Source of the DNA: Blepharisma stoltei ATCC 30299
Taxonomy: Eukaryota; Protista; Ciliophora
Direction: 5' to 3'
DNA: 64,000 bases
Assembly: GCA_965603825.1 (NCBI GenBank)
Contig: CBFDEM010000014.1
Location: forward strand, 682,001-746,000
A model generated the notes under the pieces. The model saw only the letters and a list, made by a program, of their open reading frames with translations. It was not told where the DNA came from and ran no database searches. The translations under genes were made by a program, and so were the position numbers. The number at the start of each line of letters is the position of its first letter. The stretch's first letter is position 1. Shown one piece after another: positions 53,026 through 64,000 of this stretch.

Positions 53026-54834
53026 ATGAGCACCATTGATATTAGCACATCTTCTTCCAGCATAGAATTGCAGGAAAATGAAAATATCATTGATAAAAGC
53101 AAAGCCACGCATACAAATAGTTCTGATACAGATGAAAAGCACTCAAAAAATAGTTCAGAGCTAGAGCAAAGCAGTGAGCTTTGTACCAAAACAGAAATCC
53201 ATCAAAATGAAGTCAATTCTTCTTTAAATCGACCAAAATTGAGCATAAACAACTCTAATGATTCTTGCTTACTCGAATTAAAAGAAATAGATCCAAATAT
53301 TTCCGTAGAAAATAAAAGTGAAAAAAAGCATCGAAAGCATAAAACAGATTCAAAAGAAGACATTTTTAAAAGGGTTACTGATGAACACTGTTTACTTGAT
53401 ACTGATCTTAACGAGCAATCCCTATACAATTGTGCTAATCTTTGTATTTTTCCTGATTTATTAAAAACTGAGACTGGCTCTTTCAATTTAAGTCAGAGCA
53501 CTCTGGCTTTTTCCAAGCTGTCAAGATATATTATAGAACAAGCCTATATGGATATCCTTATAAAGTTTCATATAGATAAAGTGAAAGAAATTATTTTAAG
53601 CAATTTATCAGACTCAATATCAATAAAATCATATACCATAGCATCCAGCCAAATTGTAAATGGAAAAGTCAAAATATCAACTCATAACGAATGGTGGACT
53701 TATTTCAAGTCATTTTATGATTTTTTTGAGGTTTTGGTATTAAAACTGGAAGAAGTTTCGCAAAATTCAGAAACTTATAGCTCCTTGGATCAGTCCAATT
53801 TAGGAGCAGCAGAGCTTATCAATTCGCAGCTTCCAAATAAGACAAGCCAGGATTTACTTAACGTAGTGATCGATACCAACATAATCAAAGCTTTAGTGCA
53901 AAAATTGTGTAGCGATATTGAAAAAGAGAGAAGGATTGCTTTAATATTTATTAAATTTTTATATAGAAAAATGCCCAGCATCCAAACAATCATTTTAAAG
54001 CAGATTGAGTATATTTTGTTGAAAATTATACATGAAGATCCAGAGTTAAATGGAACTCAGGAGATTCTTAAATTTATGTATAAGCAGATTTCTAGTTCTG
54101 AATACTTTAAAACTTTTGCTTACAGTGTGCTGCTCCCTTTACATAAAGTCCAAACAGTCATTTTATTCCATAAATTCTTAATGAAATGTTGTAGAAAATA
54201 TCAAAGAATTCATAATGAATTTGCAAATTCATGAGTTGAAGCAATAGTTAGATACTGACCATATGGAAACTCAAGCAAAGAATTGCTATTTCTCAACGAA
54301 TTAGATGAAGCCTTAAAATTGGGAAAAGAAATAATTTCTATAAACATTTGAGAATTAGCTATTCAAAAGTTATCGAATGAAATACCAAATATTCATAAAA
54401 AGGTTTCCAGCCTTGCAGTCTCCATATTAAGTAGTGATCTGTTAAGATCAATTGTTCGTAGAAACAGCCCACTTATCGTACTTAAATCAATTCGAAAAGC
54501 TGAAAATTTAAAAGGGAGTCGTATTTGAGATATGCCAATAAGCTTTTTAAGGTGCAAAGCGGTTGAGAGCTTTGCTCAAGAATACTTAAAGGTATATTTT
54601 AAAGATATTAAAAGTTATGTATTAGTAAGTTCATTAGCTCGGATGCATGATGTGCCGTCAAGAGAAAAACCTGAAGCGATATGAGATGTTTTACTAAATG
54701 AAGCCAAAAAAATCAACCCCAACTTCAAAAATCCCAAAATACCTTATCAAAGCAAGCATGTGTCTGGTTTAGCAAATATGAATGATGCTATCCTTAGCTC
54801 CGGGAATCTCATTCCAGCAATATTTCTTTATTAA
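53026..54834 (+). CDS. Divergent PP2A regulatory subunit B' (B56)-family protein, ~602 aa, with low-complexity N-terminus
   Basis: B56-like motifs ERRIALIFIKFLY, NGTQEIL, VLLPLHK and RY(TGA=W)PYGNSSKELLFLNELDE; open through TGA codons to TAA 54832-54834. An alternative upstream ATG lies at 52942. Confidence 0.8.
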
Positions 54835-56253
54835 ATAATAAAAAAGATATAAAAATACATTATAGGGCTCTGTATATTGGCTTGATCTTTTAATACGCTC
54901 GCCCCTAAAAATGCTATATTTTTATTTTCAAACTAAATAGAAGCAGCTTGCTTGATATTTTGGTAACAAGAAAAAGTTATGATAATTTATTCAATTTAAT
55001 AATCCCTTTAAGCTCCAAAAAATGCTGTTATGGGATTAAAATCGAGTCCCCAAAATAAAGATAAGAAAGTTTTCATCAGCTGCTTAATGAAACACATTTT
55101 TTCTTGATCGGTCTCAATTTTACGATGCAATTTTTATTTATTTCTAGTAATATTCTAGGCTGTTAATAGCAATTTCGCTATTTTAAGCCTCAGCTTCATA
55201 TGAGTTAAAATTATATCTCAATTAAGATTGTTAAGAATATTTTGATTAACTTTTTATGGCTTTTATTGCTATTTACATTCATAAAAGACAAATGAAACTC
55301 TGATCTCTGTTCATATGGGAGAAAATAATTTTCTAAATCCTAGAGAGGAATAATGCTATTTATTGCTTTAGGATGTTTTTAATTCTCAAATATATACCTA
55401 ATATAATCTAGCAAGTTTCTTAGCACTTTAATCGTCTTCTGGGCTTCACAGGTTTCATAAAACTCAATATCATAAGCAGGATCGCATTTTAATTCCTTAG
55501 ATAGGCCAATAAATGACTCCATTCAATTGCTTATCAGCAAGCAACTCAATTTAGATTGCAAATTTTATTTCTTCTCTCCTAGAAAGAAAATGATTTTACT
55601 TAAAGCTATAAATTTAATGATCCTTCTGCCACTTAGGGTTATAACAACAGTTTTATTTTTATTATAATTTAAGAAATCATCCTCATTGAAGCGATCCAAA
55701 AAATTTGTATTTTGTAAAAGCCATTTATATAAAATTTACAGAAATGACTTTGAATATTAAATGGATTTAAACTAATAAAAATCACTGATTAAAAATTACT
55801 CAATATTTCCCCTGCATGCACTTTAGTGAATAATTATGATTTCAAAATTCTTAAATTCCTCTAATTGCAAGCCTATTAAATTAAGGCATGATTAATGCCT
55901 CGCCTTAGAATGGTTAATTTCAAGAGGATCCCTTTAATGATTATTATCCCACTCCTTTCCTTATTCTTAATCACTTTAAGATAAACGAATAATTAATTCC
56001 TTGCTGTTGTTACTATAGCCTCTTCCTAATTTTGCTTCGGTAAAGCGTGCTCATACGATGCTTTATCATTTCAATGCTTTAGCTTAAGAAAGTGGCTTTC
56101 TCATGTATTTTTATATTGAATAAAGCTTAAGACCAAGGTTCTTTTATTATCAGTTAGATGTTGAAAGACATAAAATTCGAATAGGTCTAAGTAAATATAT
56201 TTATACTTTCCATTGTATTGTGCAGATATTCAGAAAAATTTATAGATTTATAA

Positions 56254-59200
56254 ATGATTAGCAAAAATAGCTCTTCCTTAACCTTCAAAGTCAACGAAGT
56301 TGAATTTATGCCAAGTTGAGAGTCAGATGCCAATATAGAGCTCAGCTATATACTGACAAATTCCCAAACCTCTCAAATCATCTTTCAGTCTTCCACTTTT
56401 AAGCCATCGCAAGTTTCCAGCCTTCCTCCAGTTCGATTGCAGCCAAATGATCTTAGCTTTCTAGTTCTCAGTTTCTATATGAAGGTGATTGATGGCCAAA
56501 AGCTGCTGGGATCATCATTAGTTAGTCTCAGCCCAAAAACATGATTAAAGATTCCTAGCGATGGTGAAGAAATTTTAAGTGTAGAAATCGAATTTATCAA
56601 TGAAGAAAACATTGAAACCCTTCACAAATCCTTGAGTGAAAGCGAAGTTTTAAGTGAAAATGAAAAATGCGAAAATCAACAGATTGCAACTGAAGAAAAT
56701 AAAATCGAGGAGGAAATTAATAAGTTGCTAAGATTGTATGAAATCGAAGATATAAATAGTGTCGCAGAAAAAATAGAAGAGGTAAAAGAAGATATTGCTT
56801 TTTATAATAAAAAGAAAAATCATGACTTTGAGGAAGAAGAAAAAAAGAAATTACAAGATCTTGAGAGATTGCTAAAATTGCATGAAGAAATTAATCAAAA
56901 GGCTAGCGTTATTGAGGAAGAAAATTTAGATGAAGAGCTCAAGCAAGGATTAATTAAGTACGAGATTGGAAATCCTCAACAAATTGAAGAAAAAATAAAT
57001 GAAACAAAAGAAAGTATCTCTTTTTATCTCAGAAAGAAAAAATTAGATAATGCAAAAATTGAAGAAAATAATCTTGCTGATTTGGAAAAACTGCTCTCCA
57101 TTTACAAAAAGCTTAGCTCAAAATCTATCATAGCTATAGGTGCTAAAGAAGGTGACAATAATAGAAAAATTGAGATTATTGAAGCAATGATTGATGATAT
57201 TTCAACGATGCCCTTTTGTATAGAAAAATTTCTTACCAGTATTTTGTGCTTTGCTTACTATAAATTCTATGGTTTTGACCCGTCATTAGATATTCATGCA
57301 AAATTTGCGAATATAGATCCGAATATCGAGTTTGGCTATTTTATTGATTATTTAAATCAAGGTCCTAAAGGAATTTTACCATCAAAACTTATTTCTCGCT
57401 TTGAAAAACATCTCAAAAATGAAAAATGGGATAAATCGATACAAGATATACAAAAAGTTCTGAAAGAGCACATTCGACCTATTAATATTAGGGAAGTTAT
57501 CAGGCTAATTAATAAATCAGTTCGATGCTCTGAAAATTTAAAAAATAAAGACATTATTCTGTTAATTGGCTTTACAGGCACAGGAAAATCTACGACTACT
57601 CATTTTTTATGTGGCTCGGTAATGAAAAGGGTCTTAGAAGATAACGTAACGCATATAAACTTCGAAGCCATAAAAAATCCCTTATTAAAAAATGTTACGA
57701 TTTCATCACGTGCCGAATCAGAAACTCGATACATCTCTATAATACCTATTAATATAAATTCTCCTCAAGATGATGCTTTTATATGTGATACGCCAGGCTT
57801 GATGGACACAAACGGTGCAGAAGTTGATATTGCAAATACAATAGGCATTGTTAAGTGTGTTAGGAAATGCAAGAGTGTAAGGCCTTTAATTTTAATAAGT
57901 TCTAAAGCTGAAGGCGATAGATTTGAAGGAGTCAAGAAACTTGCTCATGCTTTGGCTCGGCTTGTCCCTAATTTTGACAAATACAGCTGCTCATTTACAT
58001 ATGCATTTACCAAATATTCCCCAGAAGATGCTAAAAATATACATGGCATTGTGAAAAATGCTATAAAATTAATAAAGAATAACCCCGATAAGGCATTTCT
58101 GAAAATTTTGAAAGATATAAGAGACAAGACTAAAAATGGAGTAATAACAATTGATCCATTGAAAGATAACCCACAAGAGCTACTTAAAAAGATAATGGAA
58201 AACGAGCCTATAAGAAATACAAGAGATGCTTTTGAAAGCTTCATAACTGAAGATTCTAGTCGATCTATAAAAAATCAAATTTCTGTATATTCAGAAGGTA
58301 TTACAGCTGCCATTGATTCTTTCAACTATGGCATTATAAAATATAATTTAGATGGATTGCAATATATAGCGAATTTATTTGAACAGTTTAGGCCTCAATA
58401 TAATGAATCCGTCAATTATGTAATAAAAAAGACTAAAGATATATATGAAAGTGCTCTTGAAAAACTAAATAAAATTTTAGACAATCATGGAATTTTGGAA
58501 AAAGATCATGTATTTTTTTATCAAGAAGCATATCTTGCTCTGAAAGCATCAGAAGAAATTAGAGAAAGTCATCTGAGAAATGAAACCGCTAAATCAGTAG
58601 CAATGCTCAATAATCTTATCTTTAAGCTAAACCTTCATCATGCAAGCATTGAACCAGAGAAATCATACCTATATTTTCAATTAAAAAATACAAAAATTTT
58701 AAGTGAAACATTTGAAGAAATTGCTGCTTGCTATAAAGATTTTAGTAAAGAATATATAAATCTAATTGAAGATGCGCTTATATCAGCTGACTCATACTTG
58801 GAACGAAATAATTATGAAAAATTTGCTGAGACTGTACTGAAAGTAAAAAAATGCTTCGAGGCTGCCTATGATATCATTAACTTAGAAGATTTGTCTATAA
58901 AGTATAAAAGCCTTTTAAGCCAACTTATTTCAAGCTTAAAATCAAAATATAATAGTTCTATTGTACTTTTAGACAAAGGATATATAGAAGAAAGTGACAT
59001 AGAAGGACTTCAGCAAAATATTTCCTTAATAAAATCAGCTATTGAAGATCAAAATTTAAGAGATTTTTTATTAGAAAATAAAATTGAGGATCTAGTCCCA
59101 TCAATTATTAATAAATACAAAACATACTTTGAAAGTTTTGCTTCTTCTTTAACTGACAAAAAAGGAGAGAATTGCATAGATGAAATTCAAGCTAAATTTT

Positions 59201-62200
59201 GTGAATACAATTTGTTAATGAAGATTCCTGATATAAACGCAAATATTGCTCCTTCTTGTCAAAATATCTTAGATTTTTCAATTCAAAATATAAAAAATTT
59301 AAAAAAAGAAGCAAAAAAATACATAAAATCATTTGTCGAATCGATGGAAATTAACTTATTGTTTAATTCCTTAGCAAGTCTTAAATCATGGAGATGGCTT
59401 GAAGAATTCAAAAAAGGGGTCTTGTGTGATGTGCTTTCTGATTTAGAAAAAAAAATTAAAAAAAGCATTGTAGCCAAGCTGGTTAGTAAATTATTAAGCA
59501 TTGATTTAGGTATTAACTTTCCTTCAAATGTGCAAATAGGATATTCAATAGCAGTAAAATCCGACCTTATTCTTCAATTACAAGAATTTATTCCATCTGT
59601 TACTAAGTATCCCAAAATTGTTTGAGATAAATTTTGGGAAAGAATTAAGGAAACTTTAATGCTCATTAAAAGTGAGTTTAATCCAGAATTAGGCATTGAT
59701 CATCAACTAAATGAAAGAGAAAAATTAAAAAACGTGAAGCAAGACTATGATAAATATAAAAAAGAAGAAAGCGCAGATAAAATCGAAGAATTACTTACAA
59801 CTAACGGATTTAATACAATTGATGAAATTGATCAAGAAATAAGCAAAATCCAACAAACAATTGAAACATTTAAAGAAAAGAAGGACAAAATACCTGATAT
59901 TGATAATTTAGAAAATTCATATAATTATATTGAAGAATGCAAACAAATACAACCTTTACCTGACAGCATTGCTGATATCGTTTATTCGAATATATTTTCA
60001 AAATTAATTATATTGTATGGGCGCTTTCTTGAATGTTTAAATGATCGCTTTGTATTTATTTCTGATTTTATTAAAAATGGCCGTGCTTTTGATATGAATG
60101 ATTTAAGAGCTTACACTTGTCAGATATTGGCGAGCTTTCAAGAAATATCAACATTAAAAACAAAATCTCCAACTTTTTATAATTTTCTGAATTTAGAGCC
60201 TCCCTTTGAGAAGTTTAAAACTGAGCTTACTAGTTTATACTCTAATGTAGATGAAAAACTTATGAATCTTAATCAAAATATTCAAGCCGAGTCAATAACT
60301 TTATTATTTATTTCTGATGAACTTGCAAAAATTGATAAGACTTACTCAGATCTTTCAAAAAAATATAAACAACTTCAAGATTCTAGGCTTATGGAATTAA
60401 TTGAATTAATCGAGAAGCATGATTTTTATAATTTAAGACAAACGATAAATGAGCTTGGTGAGCCAATTGCAAGTGTGAAAGCTATAATTTCAAATAGATT
60501 ATATAAAGCCATTAATGATTTATTAGAAGACATGAAAGAACGGACTAAAAACCTTAATATTTTTGATTTAAAAAATGACCAAATAGAAATAATAATTGCG
60601 AATTATAAAAAAATTACGTGTGCATTTACGAATAAGCTCTATGACTACTTTGACAAAGAAACAAAAACAAGATTTATAAATGAGGAGGCACCAATCAAAA
60701 ACGATCTTGATAGAAAAATTTTTAAATACCTATCTTTAATATCAGAAGACATAAAAAAAAATATATTTTATGAAGCAGAGATCAAAATGAAAAATATTCA
60801 ATTCTCAACAAGGCAAGAATTATATTGGCTTTTTGGAATTAGATTTTCAAATAAAATTTTAGAAATCGAAGATAATCTAAGTAAATTCCCCCAAAATATC
60901 ATTGATCACATACAAAGAAATGAAATCAAAGATTTAAAAGCTTATCCTCTAAATTTAACATTGAAGATTATTGAAAAAGCATCAGAAGATTTTCCAAAAT
61001 ATATAGGGAAATCTAATGAAATTAGAAGTTTGATAAATATGAAATTATACGATATTAAGATTAATTTTAAGAATGAAAATACTTCCAAAAGAAAGGAAAA
61101 AATTAAAAATATATCGTCTACTCTTAATATTTTGCCAGAAGATATCAAAAACTCAGCTGAGAGACTAATTGAAGAAATCAAAGCAAGTCTTAAAGTAGAT
61201 AAAACTATTTTTATAAAAAGAGTTGATATTTATGCAAAAGATCAGAGCGTAAAACAATTATGTGAGTTTTATAAACAATCAACCGATAAAACCAATTTTT
61301 GTATAAATTATGCCAAAGATAAACTGAGAAATATGATACGATCAATTAAAAATGAAATAATTGTTGCTCTTAGTCAAAGAAATTGAGAATTGGCATTTAA
61401 AAATGCTCGTATTTTAGAATTAAAAAATGAGATAAAAATAATATTAGAAGATAGTGATTCCATTTTCAAAGAAATATTATCAAATCTTAATGAAAAAATT
61501 GATCAAAATTTAAAAACTCTTTTAAATATTGAGTATAAAGATAGTAGTACCGAGTTGGTAGAATCATTTAAATTTTACAAAAATCTTATGGATTTTAATA
61601 CTAATTTTAAATCAGAACCTAAAGCCAAGGAGATTTTCCCCATTAAAAATGAAATCGAAAGTATTCATGCTGCAATTTTAGACTTTTATCAGGAACTCAA
61701 TAAAAATTACACAGAGTTCAAACCACCAAATAGTTCCATAAAGTGTAATGAGACATTGGATAAAATTAAAGAATGGGATAACTTTTTGAAAAATTTTAAG
61801 GAGTTTTTATCACAGAATCAAATTTATACTAGTTTTGATAGCAAGATAAAAGAGCAGTGACGTTATTCAAAATTTAAAAATGATTTAACTCAAACATTAG
61901 TTGAATTAAACAATTTTTTCATAAAATTTAAAGTTCATGATGAAGATATCATGCAACAAGCACTACTTGATAATTACGCAAAAAATATTCAAGAAAAATG
62001 AAATCAAATCAGAAGTTTCAGCTACTTAAAAAATCACTTAAACCTAGAGACTAATCTTGAATTAATGCAATCAGAGGCAATTGGTTCGATAAGAATTGAA
62101 ATAAATGAAATTGTTAGGAATGCTTTACATTTGATAGATAAGCAGGATATAAGAATTGAAGAATTTAATCAAATTCGGAGTTACTATAATTTTTTGGGCT

Positions 62201-64000
62201 TTTTCGAAAAAAATTTAAAAATTTCAGATCTTGATTTGAAAGCGACACTTCAAGCAATTAAAGGTAAAATTTATGATAAAATCAAAGAATTAAAAACCAA
62301 AGCCGTGAATGGAAAGGAGCTGGTAGAAATAATTGAACCTTTGTTAAAAATGAAAGAACTTTCAATTAATTTTCCTAATTTTAGAGAGGGACTTCATAAA
62401 ATTATAGATGATTCTTTAGAAAAAATTGGAAAAAATAGCAAAGGAATGATATTAGGAATAATTGGAGAGCTAGGAAATCATTCAACCGGACTTTATATAC
62501 TGAATGAGCATAAGTTTTTTGAAGGAGTTACACAAAGACTATGGCGACAAAAGACAGAAGCTTATGGAATAGGTTATACACTTGAAAAACTTAAAGGCTC
62601 ACAATTAAATATAAACGAACTTCGAGAAAAGCATCAGGCATACAGTGATAAATTTAAAGAGTATAGTGCAAAGTACCAGTCGATTATTCATAAAGAAGGC
62701 ATAGATAATGCCATAAGTCAGATAGTGGCTGAAATAGAAATAACCTCCAGGATTCATGCTGTACCATCTTTGAGTATAGATATTGCCAATAGTCAAGGCG
62801 TAGATAATGCTATAAGCCAAACAGCAGCTGAAGCAGAAATACCCTCAAGGACTCACTCAGAGAACCCTTCCGATATAGACCTTAACTCATTCAAAAATCT
62901 CATTCCAAAACTTCTAGCTTATATTTCTATTCTATGGGAACTTTGCAATATAAAAAAATACAATCAAGATGCTAATAGTGAAGAAGAAAGGGAACTCTTT
63001 GCACTGCATCCAGTACAAGTTCTGTCAATATTCCGTATGATCGGCATTGGCAATGAAGAAAATGTAGGCTTTAAAAATAATTTAGTGCAAATTCTAACAG
63101 GGGAAGGTAAATCAATTACATTGGCATTTTTAAGTTGCATGCTTGCCTTATTAGGATTTACAGTTAATTGTGCCTGCTATAGCGAACATTTAAGTCAGAG
63201 GGATTTCGAAAATTTTGAACCTTTGTATACAGCTTTAAATGTTAGCTCATATATAAAATATGGAACATTTAACAAACTTTGCGAAGATGAAATTAATTCA
63301 AATGGAGACATTAGAGAAAGAGTCTTAGATATAATCAGCCCTAGACCTAATTGCAGCTCAAATATAACTGATAATACTATGAAAAGACCTAAAATTCTTC
63401 TTATAGACGAAGTAGATGTATTTTTCTCCAAATCTTTCTATGGCAATATTTATAGGCCTCTAGCAAAATTGAAACATCCTACTATTAAGATATTAACAGA
63501 CTATATATGAAAATCTAGAGAAATGCTTAAAAATATAGATATAAGAACAGCAAATGAATATACAGATTGTTGCAGACAATTTCCTGGGTTTGAGTTTATT
63601 ATTGAAGAAGCTGTAAAAGACATGAAAATTCATATACAGCAATTTGCCTCGCATGATTATATAGTTCAACATGATAAAATTGGGTATAAAGAGCATGACG
63701 GAATTTCATTTAATAAGAATTATGGATATAATACTCTATTTGCTTATTATTTTGAGCATGAAAAAGGAAGTATAACACAAGAAAGCCTAAACGAAAATAT
63801 TTTTATCGGGATTAAATGCGGCATATTTTCATTTGCCGAAGTTCCTCTCAAATTCAAATATATTATGGGAGTCACAGGGACTTTAGAGACCTTAGGGAAT
63901 TATGAAAAAAATATCATAGAAAATATATATAATATTAAAATACAAACTTATATGCCATCTGTTTTTGGAGACAATCGTAGAACTTTTGCAATAGAAAAGG
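56254..64000 (+). CDS. Giant family copy F (3' end beyond the window); single EKCENQ unit
   Basis: ATG 56254; one frame with only TGA interruptions through GFTGTGKST, DTPG, QILTGEGKS, DEVD and GVTGT to the window end. From ~56570 onward it is a close reverse complement of E, apart from the array. Confidence 0.9.

Overview
AT-rich eukaryotic DNA read with UGA=Trp (TAA/TAG remain stops), which fits a Blepharisma-like heterotrich ciliate (inference). The supplied ORF track is fragmented only because it treats TGA as stop. With TGA read as Trp, about 75% of the window is a cluster of six paralogues (A-F, arranged <-A B-> C-> <-D <-E F->) of an intronless ~3,000-3,450-aa gene. Its architecture is: C2-like N-terminus, variable helical modules (plus a variable EKCENQ repeat array), AIG1/septin-like P-loop GTPase, long helical stalk, SecA-type SF2 ATPase (all motifs), C-terminal vWA/MIDAS domain. 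E is intact (3,447 aa); A and F are open up to the window edges; D has one frameshift; B and C are disrupted. B carries two TA-bounded insertions (543 and 159 bp) whose exact removal restores frame and alignment to the paralogues, as expected of IESs. A and E are chimeras with swapped N-termini. The spacers are an inverted segmental duplication holding a Cys-less E2/UEV-like gene and its pseudocopy, Sel1-repeat relics, a PP2A B56-like gene and small relics of the giant gene. No RNA genes, CRISPR arrays or transposase ORFs were recognised.
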